Assembly (NCBI GenBank): GCA_037917675.1
Contig: JAVCBW010000024.1
Coordinates: forward strand, 1-37,163
Direction: 5' to 3'
DNA from: Thermoproteota archaeon
GTDB lineage: Archaea; Korarchaeota; Korarchaeia; B14-G2
Length of the DNA stretch: 37,163 nt
This document shows, one piece after another, positions 8,928 through 17,758 of the stretch. The position numbers were made by a program, and so were the translations under genes. Every line of letters starts with the position of its first letter. Position 1 is the first letter of the stretch. The notes under the pieces are model-generated. The model was given only the letters and a program-made list of their open reading frames with translations. It did no database searches and was not told the origin of the DNA.

Positions 8928-9889
8928 GTGGAGAGTGGAAACCTACCCTTAAGGAGCTAGCTAAGAAGCCTGAGCTCCTAGCATCAGGGCATAGGCTATG
9001 TGCAGGATGTGCAGCGGGAACCATAGTCAGAGCGATACTAAAAGCAGCTTGGAAGCCTGTGGTAGCAGTCAACGCGACAGGATGCCTCGAGGTAGCTACT
9101 ACAATATACCCTTATACATCATGGAGGATCCCGTGGATCCATAATGCATTTGAGAACGCGGCTGCTACAGCAGCTGGCATAGCTAGAGCAAGAGACAAGC
9201 TCCTGAGAGACGGGAGGCTAGATAAGGACTACCATGTGATAGCATTCGCAGGAGATGGTGGCACATATGACATTGGAATCCAGGCTCTCTCAGGTGCTTT
9301 GGAGAGAAGAGAGAAAATACTCTATGTACTCTATGATAATGAGGCATACATGAATACAGGGATCCAGAGATCTGGGGGGACACCGATGGCAGCATGGACC
9401 ACAACCAGCCCAGCAGGACGCAAGATACCAGGGAAAATAGAGTGGAAGAAGCCTATAACAAGGATCGTAGCTGCACACGACGTGCCATATGTAGCTACAG
9501 CTACACCATGGCAGTGGAGGGACTTGGTTATAAAAGCCAGAAAGGCCCTAGAAGCTGATGGCCCAGCATTCCTCCATGTGCTCTCACCGTGCCCAAGAGG
9601 CTGGAGGTTCAATACAAACCTGAGCATAGAGATGGCTAGGCTAGCTGTCCAGACATGCTTCTTCCCGCTCTATGAGATAATAGATGGTGAGAAATATGCG
9701 TTAACAGGATACAGCAGAAGCATAGCAATGAACCCCAAGCTAAAGAAGCCTGTAGTAGAATACCTGAGGCCACAAGGTAGGTTCAGCCACCTCTTCAAGC
9801 CTGAGAACGCTGACCTGCTAGAGGAGATACAGAAGAGAGTAGACTACGAGTGGGAGAGACTCTTAAGGCTAGCAGGCTACGGTAGCTGA
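8924..9889 (+). CDS. porB: 2-oxoacid:ferredoxin oxidoreductase beta subunit (TPP-binding)
   Basis: GHRLCAGC, TPP motif GDGG...DNEAYMNTG, SPCPRGW. Confidence 0.94.
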   Translation: MSGEWKPTLKELAKKPELLASGHRLCAGCAAGTIVRAILKAAWKPVVAVNATGCLEVATTIYPYTSWRIPWIHNAFENAAATAAGIARARDKLLRDGRLDKDYHVIAFAGDGGTYDIGIQALSGALERREKILYVLYDNEAYMNTGIQRSGGTPMAAWTTTSPAGRKIPGKIEWKKPITRIVAAHDVPYVATATPWQWRDLVIKARKALEADGPAFLHVLSPCPRGWRFNTNLSIEMARLAVQTCFFPLYEIIDGEKYALTGYSRSIAMNPKLKKPVVEYLRPQGRFSHLFKPENADLLEEIQKRVDYEWERLLRLAGYGS

Positions 9890-10377
9890 AACAGAGCTGA
9901 AATCTATCTAGAAGCTTTCTCAGCAGCTAGCAGCTCTACCCCACCTCTCTTCTTCCAGCAAGACTTAGAAAGCAGCAATCATCAAGATATCAAGGCTACC
10001 TCCACAAGCCCTACCTTAGGCGAAGTGGATGTAGCCATGTAGTTGATTGCTCAGCTTTTAAGCTTACATGCATCTTCTTTCCACTAGCCTCTATACTCTG
10101 AACATGAAAAGCTGTATATTAGAGCTAATCAGGCTTGAGCATAGGCTAAGAGGTAGAAGAGCTAAGGTAGAGTGTACAATTGGATGTGTCAGCCTCCTGA
10201 GAATGAGATCATGTAAGCTCAGTATGCATCAGATACACGCTGGAGGCTGATTTTAAGCCTTCTACATCCATGCTCAAACTACGCTTCATAACCATGAACA
10301 CAGCAGTTGTTTGGCATGTAAATGCTTCTGAATGTGTAGCCTAACTTTATAAGGCTGCTGATGCTAGCTTGTGAGAG

Positions 10378-11118
10378 GTGATTCTCCTGTACACTACGAT
10401 CGAAGGTAGGAAGGTGCCGCTGATAAGCATAGGGACCTCCCCCTTCATTGGAGCAGGGCAGTTTGGTGTTAAGGGGCTCTTGTGGAGAAGCAGATTCCTC
10501 CATAACGCTCAGGCTATGGCTGAGCTCATGATGGAGAGCTATGAGCTAGGAGCTAGGGGAGCTCACATCATACCGCTAGGAGATATACCCAAGGCCATTA
10601 AGCTGGTGAGAAGAGAGTACCCTGACTTCACAGTGATTGGAAGCACTCCTCCAGGAAGGGTTGAGGAGGGGATCAAGGCTCTGGTCGACCTAGATGCCGA
10701 AATCATATTTGTGCATGGCTCTATAGCTGACAGCCTGAAGTATGAGCTATTAGAGAGGTACTGTAGGATCATAGAGGAAGCTGGTATAGTCGCTGGCATA
10801 GCTACACACAGGCCAGTTCGCACAGTCAGGTATGTAGAGAACAATGGCTTATGTAGAGTTATCCTGCTTCCATTCAACCCAGTAGGCTATAGCATGGAGA
10901 ACAGGAAGCTCCTAGAGGAGTTGGTGGACAATAGCAGCCTAAGCTTCATAGCTATGAAAGCTCTTGCAGCTGGGTCTGTCAGCCCCGAGGAAGCTTTCAA
11001 GTATATATCACAGCACAACATAAAGGCTGTCACAGTCGGTATAGTGAGTAAGGAGGAGGCTGAGGAGACGATACCTACAGCACTTAGGTATCTTAGGGAG
11101 AATGATAGCCGCACCTGA
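10378..11118 (+). CDS. Aldo/keto-reductase-like TIM-barrel protein of unknown function
   Basis: IGTSPFIGAGQFG, GIATHRP, LLPFNPVG and IAMKALAAG motifs. Confidence 0.65.
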   Translation: MILLYTTIEGRKVPLISIGTSPFIGAGQFGVKGLLWRSRFLHNAQAMAELMMESYELGARGAHIIPLGDIPKAIKLVRREYPDFTVIGSTPPGRVEEGIKALVDLDAEIIFVHGSIADSLKYELLERYCRIIEEAGIVAGIATHRPVRTVRYVENNGLCRVILLPFNPVGYSMENRKLLEELVDNSSLSFIAMKALAAGSVSPEEAFKYISQHNIKAVTVGIVSKEEAEETIPTALRYLRENDSRT

Positions 11119-12094
11119 GAGGGTATGGTTTACCTGAAAGCCTGTCTCTAGTGAAGTCGAAGACGACCACGCTTTCCCCCTTGAACTCGATTGAGAGCTT
11201 TAGTGTACTATCCACCTCACCTACCACTCTAGCCTCCAGCCCATAGCTTGCTGCTAGCTTGCATGCTTCTTCAGCTTTGCTTGGGGAAGCAGCTGCTATG
11301 AGGCCGAAGCCAGGATACATCAGGAGCCAGCTGCTCCAGTCCACTCCTCTTGGCTTAGGCACATCCTCTATTCTCACGATTCCACCGACTCCGCTGGCAT
11401 CTAGCATCATTCCTATGGTCCCGATTACTCCAGGGTTGCTTATGTCCTTAGCTGCCCTGAGTAGACCTCTTCTAGCAGCTTCCCTAGGATAGCTTAATAT
11501 TCTGGCAAGCTCACCTGGAGACTTGTGTGTAGTTGTATCCCAGGCAAGCTTGTACCTACTGTGTACTCTACCGTCTAAGTCCACTATGGCCAGTATCTTG
11601 TCTCCAGGCTTAGCTGAGTCAGATGGAATAAACCTGCCCTCAACATAGCCTAGGATAGCAGCTGACACTGATGGCTGAGGTGAGTCAGGGTTGTAGTGGC
11701 CTCCAACACAAGGCACTCTGAACTTCTCTGTGGCAGCAGCCATCCCGCTAGCTATCTCTGCAGCAAGCTCTCTTCTAGCTCCTATGACAGAGACCATTGC
11801 TACTGGGACACCGCTCTTGCAGCATATGTCATTGACGTTAACTAAGACAGAGCAGTAGCCTGCGAAGTAGGGGTCTGCATCAATCAGCCTATGCCATATG
11901 CCATCTGATGACAGGAGAAGCATCATGTCTGCGACCCTAATGAGAGCTGAGTCTTCACCGATGGATCTAAGCACCTCAACTTGAGCTAGCGGTGGGATCT
12001 GCGGAAGCCTAGAGGTCACTTCGAGTATAGACATCTTCCTAGCAACTCCCGGGAACCCTCTGATAACCTTGGCTAGCATCTCAGCGTCAGACAA
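11093..12094 (-). CDS. AIR synthase-related (PurM superfamily) protein, methanogenesis marker 2-like
   Basis: GVARK, GEDSA, DGIW..L..ADP..AGYCSVLVNVND, GGH, DLDGR, WDTTT, KDISNPG.IGT.GM and YPGFG motifs. Confidence 0.8.
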   Translation of the reverse strand: MSDAEMLAKVIRGFPGVARKMSILEVTSRLPQIPPLAQVEVLRSIGEDSALIRVADMMLLLSSDGIWHRLIDADPYFAGYCSVLVNVNDICCKSGVPVAMVSVIGARRELAAEIASGMAAATEKFRVPCVGGHYNPDSPQPSVSAAILGYVEGRFIPSDSAKPGDKILAIVDLDGRVHSRYKLAWDTTTHKSPGELARILSYPREAARRGLLRAAKDISNPGVIGTIGMMLDASGVGGIVRIEDVPKPRGVDWSSWLLMYPGFGLIAAASPSKAEEACKLAASYGLEARVVGEVDSTLKLSIEFKGESVVVFDFTRDRLSGKPYPLRCGYHSP

Positions 12095-12159
12095 GGCTAT
12101 CAGAGCTAGTACATGGAGAACAGATATAAGGTTGCAGGTGGAGCTCTTTTGGGGGTCTC

Positions 12160-12795
12160 TTGAGGATTGAAGGAAGGGTTCCTGGTAGCGGGATATACCC
12201 TGTCCTCCAGGGAAACATCTGGGGTACTAGGCTCTCTGGGTACGCTGACCTTATATTTGGAGACTATAAGAGCAGAACTGTGTTCTATGAGGGAAACCCG
12301 CTGACATGCATGCTGGAGAATGATGAAGTGCTAGAGGGGACAGAAGCCCTGGTTAAGGTGCTGAAAGAAGCTTATAGGGCAAAGGAGGTCATGTTCAGGA
12401 TAGTCTCAGACAGCCAGGAAGCATCTTCAGTCTTGGTTTCAGTCGAGCAGAGAGCACTCAATGCTCTTAAAGATAGAACTGGGATCAGAGCATACTGGCT
12501 TGCAGACCCAGAGAAGTATATAGAGGATCTGCCAGCTGAGCTGGAAACAGGGTTCATTGTGGTCAAGGGGGCAGAGCAGCTAGCTGTAGGAGTGATATAT
12601 GAGAGGAAAGTTATAGCTGCAATCCAAAGGGTGAGTGGAGTCTATAGAGTTGGCGGTATGGAGCTGCTTAAGCCACGTGGCAGAGACGTCATAGACTACA
12701 TTAAGGCTAAAGATGTACCTAAGCTTGTCGAGTATAGGGCGGAGGGGCTCAGAGACTACATTGTAGAGCAAATTGCAGCGAGCATCGAAACTTAA
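12160..12795 (+). CDS. Hypothetical protein, possibly tandem DUF2226-like domains
   Basis: Two similar modules (LSGYADL..VFYEG..LEGTEAL and ETGFIVV..VIYER.VIAA..G). Family guessed by eye. Confidence 0.6.
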   Translation: MRIEGRVPGSGIYPVLQGNIWGTRLSGYADLIFGDYKSRTVFYEGNPLTCMLENDEVLEGTEALVKVLKEAYRAKEVMFRIVSDSQEASSVLVSVEQRALNALKDRTGIRAYWLADPEKYIEDLPAELETGFIVVKGAEQLAVGVIYERKVIAAIQRVSGVYRVGGMELLKPRGRDVIDYIKAKDVPKLVEYRAEGLRDYIVEQIAASIET

Positions 12796-12828
12796 TAACA
12801 GGCTAACCCTGACAGTGCAGGTGCTATC

Positions 12829-13827
12829 TTGGTCAGCATAGAGGAGCTAGCTGAGCTCGGTAGGAGAGTAGATCCAATAATAGAGAGATACGTGGAGAAG
12901 GCGGGGGAGTTCAAAGACTTACTCCTCTACCAGCTTAAGCTAGGTGGAAAGAGGATTAGGCCTGCAGTGACCATGCTGAGCTGCGAAGCCTCTGGAGGTA
13001 GGGCAGAGGACGCTCTGGTGACAGCAGCCCTACTCGAGCTTGTACACAACTACACTCTGGTATTAGATGACATAATAGATAGAGCTGACCTGAGGAGAGG
13101 AAAGCTCACAGTGAGAAAGAAGTATGGTGACAACATAGCTATATTGATTGGAGTATATTACAGAGAGGTCATTGAGGACATGGTGCTCAGCACGAAAAAA
13201 CCCATCGAGGTGAGTAAGGTTGTCTCAGACACGATCAAGATGATAGCTGATGGAGAGAGGCTTGACATACTATTTGAGCAGGCAGGAAGAAGAGACCCAT
13301 ATGTTTTGGAGAACAGGTACAGCAGCGTAAGTCTCAGAGACTACATGGACATGGTGAGCAAGAAGACTGCAGCTCTCTTCGCAGCATGCTGCAAGCTAGG
13401 TGCCATGATGGCTGAAGCTGATGAATCTACCATAGAAAAGCTCACTAGATATGGCTGGGAGCTTGGGGTGGTGTTCCAAATAGCAGATGACATAATAGAC
13501 CTGTTCAGCGCAAAAAGCGGTAAGCAGCTTGGCAAGGATATAATAGAGCACAAGCTCGGAAACATCTGTATACTAGCTGGGCTAGATAAGCTTAAGCCAG
13601 AGGGCAAAACGCTCATCTTAGAGAAGCTTAGAAAGGAGAGAGTAGGGGAGAGAGACGTCAACCAGGTCATATCACTCCTGAGAGATGCTGGCGCCAAGGA
13701 GATGGCTCTTGAACTCGGTAGAAAGCATGTTAAGGCTGCCAGAGAAAGCTTAGCTGACATACCAGATAGTAGAGCTAAGAGGATCCTGATGGAGATCCCA
13801 GAGCTCGCACTAGAGAGGACATACTAG
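12829..13827 (+). CDS. idsA: Polyprenyl (geranylgeranyl) diphosphate synthase
   Basis: GGKRIRP, DDIID..DLRRG, KTAALF, FQIADDIID and GKD motifs. Confidence 0.92.
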   Translation: MVSIEELAELGRRVDPIIERYVEKAGEFKDLLLYQLKLGGKRIRPAVTMLSCEASGGRAEDALVTAALLELVHNYTLVLDDIIDRADLRRGKLTVRKKYGDNIAILIGVYYREVIEDMVLSTKKPIEVSKVVSDTIKMIADGERLDILFEQAGRRDPYVLENRYSSVSLRDYMDMVSKKTAALFAACCKLGAMMAEADESTIEKLTRYGWELGVVFQIADDIIDLFSAKSGKQLGKDIIEHKLGNICILAGLDKLKPEGKTLILEKLRKERVGERDVNQVISLLRDAGAKEMALELGRKHVKAARESLADIPDSRAKRILMEIPELALERTY

Positions 13828-13845
13828 GCAGGTAGCAGGTGGAGA

Positions 13846-14601
13846 ATGGAGACTATAGTCGTTAAGGTTGGTGGATCAGCCATAACATGGAAGGACAGAG
13901 CTAAGGCAGCTAGGATAGATGTGATGGAGACTATCGCAAGAGAGTTGAAGGAGGCATCTAGCAGAGCTAGGATACTACTAGTCCATGGAGCAGGGTCGTT
14001 CGGACACCCAATAGCTAGGAGATATGGGATAACAACATCATCTGGTAGAGCACGTGGGGTAGCTGAGATTAGGCTCTCACTGCTTGAGCTCAGCTACATG
14101 CTTTTGAGCAAACTGAGTGATGCTGGAGTCGAAGCCACTCTGCTGAGCCCTATGGGGCTCATGGTAGCTAGAAGAGGGCGGATTGCCAAAGTCCTCATGG
14201 AGCCTATAGTGAAGCTCTTGGATAGCGGCATAATGCCTGTGCTCCATGGAGACGTCGTCTCTGATATTGAAGGAGATTTTACGGTAGTTTCTGGAGACCA
14301 GATCGCGTCTAGGCTTGCAGTGGAGCTTAAGGCCAGTAGGCTGGTGTTTGGAGTGGATGTGGATGGTGTTTTAGATGAGAGGGGGGCTTTAATCAGGAAG
14401 CTGAGCTTAGGTAAGATACCAGAGTACACTAGGCGTCAGGGTATACCTGACGTCACGGGAGGGATGGCTGGAAAGCTTATGGAGGCTAGAGCCGCCTTGG
14501 AGGCTGGCATACCTGTCCTGGTGGGGAGTGCAGTCAGGCAAGGTGTGCTATTGAAGATGATGTGTGGGGAGCCTGTCGAGTGTACTCTCGTCACTCTATA
14601 G
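13846..14601 (+). CDS. ipk: Isopentenyl phosphate kinase
   Basis: KVGGSAIT, VHGAGSFGH, SGDQI and DVTGGMAGK motifs; follows idsA. Confidence 0.92.
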   Translation: METIVVKVGGSAITWKDRAKAARIDVMETIARELKEASSRARILLVHGAGSFGHPIARRYGITTSSGRARGVAEIRLSLLELSYMLLSKLSDAGVEATLLSPMGLMVARRGRIAKVLMEPIVKLLDSGIMPVLHGDVVSDIEGDFTVVSGDQIASRLAVELKASRLVFGVDVDGVLDERGALIRKLSLGKIPEYTRRQGIPDVTGGMAGKLMEARAALEAGIPVLVGSAVRQGVLLKMMCGEPVECTLVTL

Positions 14602-15064
14602 CTGGCTTCCAGTACTTTATGTCGTTTATTGAGCCAACCCTCTCCTCAGGAGGCTTCCAGACAGCCTTGACCATCATCCCAGGGTAGATTTCATCTGGGC
14701 TTACCTCACTGACCCTGTGTATCATGCCACCAGTCACGCCATTGAATGCTATAAGTGCGATGATCTCAGGTGAGTCCAGCTTATTGCCGTCTGCATCTAC
14801 TTTGAGTACCGTGAAAGCCTCTATGTAGCCTTCATCTGGTAGCTCAACCCACTCATCTAGCTCACTGAAGCATTGCTCACAGTATATCCTTGGTGGGAGG
14901 TACGTTAGCTCACACTTCTTGCAGTGGGTTGCTACTATCCTGCCATCTTTTAGTTCTCTGAAGAACCTCTCACCTGCCTTTCCTAGAGTGTACAGGTAGT
15001 CTGCCTCCATATCACCAAGCCAATATTTAGCTCTACCTGCTTCAGCTATCTTCTCAATAGACAT
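14591..15064 (-). CDS. DUF35 Zn-ribbon/OB-fold protein (paralog 2)
   Basis: CKKC..YLPPRIYCEQC followed by an OB fold ending VKAVWK. Confidence 0.9.
   Translation of the reverse strand: MSIEKIAEAGRAKYWLGDMEADYLYTLGKAGERFFRELKDGRIVATHCKKCELTYLPPRIYCEQCFSELDEWVELPDEGYIEAFTVLKVDADGNKLDSPEIIALIAFNGVTGGMIHRVSEVSPDEIYPGMMVKAVWKPPEERVGSINDIKYWKPAIE
14603..14672. repeat. 70-nt exact direct repeat, copy 1
   Basis: Identical to 15079-15148. Confidence 0.95.
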
Positions 15065-15066
15065 GC

Positions 15067-15594
15067 TTACACCTCGATTGGCTTCCAGTACTTTATGTCG
15101 TTTATTGAGCCAACCCTCTCCTCAGGAGGCTTCCAGACAGCCTTGACCCTCACCCCGAACTTCTCCCCTCGCATCCATGCTGGAAGCTCTTCCTTACTGA
15201 CCTCACCTATCCTATGGAGGATCCCAACATTAGGTGGTGTGTCATCTAAGTCTATGACAGCTACTATAATGGGCTCCTTAAGCCTTTTGGCGTCAGCTGA
15301 AAGATAGGATATTGAGTAGGTAGCTATTCTCCCTGTATCCCTCACATAGATCCATTCATCAGTTGGCCTGAAACAGAGCTCACAGTACATCCTGGGTGGC
15401 ACAAGTACCCTGCCACACTTGCTGCACTTCCTGCCTAATAGCCTCCCATTCTTTAGCTCCTCTAGGAATCTAGTTATGGCAACTCCAGCTGACCAGGCGT
15501 ACTTGGCTTTAGGCCTCCAGAAGGCTGTGAGAACCTGCTTCTCCTTGATGTCAGCTTCCTTCAGAGGCGTACCAGGGTAATTGCTAATCTTCAC
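15067..15594 (-). CDS. DUF35 Zn-ribbon/OB-fold protein (paralog 1)
   Basis: CSKCGRVLVPPRMYCELC followed by an OB fold. Confidence 0.9.
   Translation of the reverse strand: MKISNYPGTPLKEADIKEKQVLTAFWRPKAKYAWSAGVAITRFLEELKNGRLLGRKCSKCGRVLVPPRMYCELCFRPTDEWIYVRDTGRIATYSISYLSADAKRLKEPIIVAVIDLDDTPPNVGILHRIGEVSKEELPAWMRGEKFGVRVKAVWKPPEERVGSINDIKYWKPIEV
15079..15148. repeat. 70-nt exact direct repeat, copy 2
   Basis: Identical to 14603-14672. Confidence 0.95.
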
Positions 15595-15629
15595 ACTCAG
15601 CTAAACCACCACACCCCCTGCTGCCATCG

Positions 15630-16424
15630 CTACTTAAACCTTCTACGCTTCAAGTTCCATTCTCTTGAGGAGTACTTCCTCCTCAGCTCACCTGCTCTCC
15701 TGGCTTCCCAAGAGGTGAGAGGCTTCTGCTCAAAGCCTACGCCTAAGACCTCGGTGAATCCAGCTAGAACACAGTCAGCTACCTCTTGTCTCGAAACCCA
15801 GCGGCCTAAGATCCTGGATATGGAGGATATCCTCGTGGAGAGCCTCTCAGCTGCCTCCTTAGGTGAGCTAAATGGGTGCCTTAGGACAGTAAACATCTTC
15901 ACTAAGTCGGTTGAAACGAGGAGAGTCCCATGCTGTAGGAAGAAGTCTCCTCTTATCAGCTGAGCGCTACCTGATATTTTGGCTGATCCAACTCTTATGT
16001 TCGGGCACTCCCTACTACTTCCCATTGAGACTGATGGCTTGATGCCAAGAAGCTCTAGTCCAGATGTTATAGACCCTATTATCCTCTGGTATATGCCTAT
16101 GGTATCAGATGCTCCGATGGACTTAAAGTCAGCTACTACACTGTATGTGAGCTCACCAGCTGAGTCATGGTAGACAGCTCCTCCCCCAGTTGGCCTCCTG
16201 ACAGCTTGTATGCCAAGCCTCCTGCAGGCTTCGAGATCTATGTACTCCTCCATGTCTTGGAAGTACCCTACTGAGGCAGCTGATGGAAGCCAGGTGTATA
16301 GCCTGAGAGTGTTGGGAGCTATCCCTCTCCTCCTAGCGTCCAGTATGGCCTCATCTATTGCCATATTCAAGTAGGCGTCTCCAGGTGGGCTTATGACAAG
16401 CCTCCACTTCAAGCTTTGACCCAT
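15630..16424 (-). CDS. lplA: Lipoate-protein ligase A family (catalytic domain only)
   Basis: NMAIDEA, RRPTGGGAVYHD, KISGSAQ and LQHGTLL motifs. Confidence 0.9.
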   Translation of the reverse strand: MGQSLKWRLVISPPGDAYLNMAIDEAILDARRRGIAPNTLRLYTWLPSAASVGYFQDMEEYIDLEACRRLGIQAVRRPTGGGAVYHDSAGELTYSVVADFKSIGASDTIGIYQRIIGSITSGLELLGIKPSVSMGSSRECPNIRVGSAKISGSAQLIRGDFFLQHGTLLVSTDLVKMFTVLRHPFSSPKEAAERLSTRISSISRILGRWVSRQEVADCVLAGFTEVLGVGFEQKPLTSWEARRAGELRRKYSSREWNLKRRRFK

Positions 16425-16432
16425 TGCATAGA

Positions 16433-16747
16433 TCAGATACCTTCTATTCTCGTTATCTTAAAGATGAAGACATCTCCAACTGAAGGCCTTCCAAGATCCT
16501 GAAACTCCTCCATTGAAAGCGATATTATGATATCTGGAAGCTCAGGCGTCCTGTTCAGCTCAACAGGGAGGCCCATTGCTCTGAAGACCTGAGCTGTTGC
16601 TCTAGCAACGCTCCTTGCAACCTCCTCTTCCTCACTTGAATAGTAGCGTTCCTCACTCTCCTTAAACTCCTTAAGAGCAAGCTCCACCCTATTGCCAAGA
16701 GACTTGACGTTGATGACAGCATACCTCTTTTCTATGCTAGACATCAC
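16433..16747 (-). CDS. Small protein, Arcadin-1-like
   Basis: 104 aa with N-terminal beta strands, a central helix (EEEVARSVARATAQVFRAM) and C-terminal IIISLSMEEFQDLGRPSVGDVFIFKI, resembling Arcadin-1 as recalled from memory. Confidence 0.5.
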   Translation of the reverse strand: MMSSIEKRYAVINVKSLGNRVELALKEFKESEERYYSSEEEEVARSVARATAQVFRAMGLPVELNRTPELPDIIISLSMEEFQDLGRPSVGDVFIFKITRIEGI

Positions 16748-16775
16748 ACACCCCTTCCAGCTTCCCTAGCCTAGC

Positions 16776-17651
16776 TTAGCTTATAAGCTTCCTCAAGGCT
16801 TTAGCTATCCTCCTATCCACCCTCCATGCACCCTTCTCCGCATCTATGACTTCAAAGTAGCTCTGCTTATAGCCTGTTATGTTATAGAGCCAAGGAAGCA
16901 CCTTCTCCCACAACTGCCTAGCTGAAGTCCTGAACATGAAGAAGTTTATAACATCACTTTCTGTGAAGTCGAAGCTGGAAGCTGGATCGAGCTCCACACC
17001 CCTACTTATCAAGAATATTATCAGAGAGTTTGCTGTCCGAGGAATAGCTAAACCTCTCCTTCCGAGAGGGTATGCTTTAGCAGCCCCAGTACTGCTGTCA
17101 GCTTCCCCTCCTGAAGCTGCCTCCATCAAGACAGCTAGCCCTCCTGCCCACAAGCTGCCTGCCAGCACTTCAGATGCAAGCTGAGAGCTGGATGGAAGCT
17201 TTGATCTTATGGATCTGCTGACATGGAGGTATGCTATAGGCCCTTCTCTCACCAGCTTAGCTACATCTAAGTCTGCCATAAGCTCTATCGTCCCTGTTAT
17301 CTGGCGTATCCCTCTGCTGCTAACTCCCCTTATGATGTCAGCTACACACACCTTGCTTTCTCCCTTGGTAACATGAGCTGCCAGCACCTGAGAAACCTCA
17401 TGTACTGTCCTTGTGTTCTTGAACACAGCTAGCACGCTACCTATGCTCTGGAGCACACGTAGGTATGGCTCTGCCTCAGGAGAGCTTAAGCTTGCTGCAG
17501 CAGGCCACAGCCCTCCTAGGACACGGCGGATAACCTGGCTGCTACATATTGAACAGAGAAGCTTCTCACCAGGCTCTAGCTCTATGCCACAGATCAGACA
17601 CCTATCCTCAGGGAGTAGAAGAGACATGCTGCACCCTGCACATTGTATCAT
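16776..17651 (-). CDS. Hypothetical protein with N-terminal CxxC-x10-CxxC zinc finger
   Basis: CLICG...CSIC; long ORF heading a codirectional gene run; TATA-like sequence upstream. Confidence 0.7.
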   Translation of the reverse strand: MIQCAGCSMSLLLPEDRCLICGIELEPGEKLLCSICSSQVIRRVLGGLWPAAASLSSPEAEPYLRVLQSIGSVLAVFKNTRTVHEVSQVLAAHVTKGESKVCVADIIRGVSSRGIRQITGTIELMADLDVAKLVREGPIAYLHVSRSIRSKLPSSSQLASEVLAGSLWAGGLAVLMEAASGGEADSSTGAAKAYPLGRRGLAIPRTANSLIIFLISRGVELDPASSFDFTESDVINFFMFRTSARQLWEKVLPWLYNITGYKQSYFEVIDAEKGAWRVDRRIAKALRKLIS

Positions 17652-17758
17652 GAACTATGTATTTAAGAATTTTGTATCATATAAGGGAGGTGCAAGCTAC
17701 TGTAGCCTAATTAGGTAATTTTTATATCCAGCATCAGGAGAGAAACTGGGATTAAGGT

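Noticed and set aside
9920-9985. Minus-strand C/D box sRNA (TGATGA...CTGA)
   Set aside because: Spacing is long, there are no convincing D'/C' boxes, and the guides are not recognisable.
14603-15148. Diversity-generating retroelement TR/VR pair
   Set aside because: The copies are identical with no adenine-specific mismatches, and there is no reverse transcriptase in the window.
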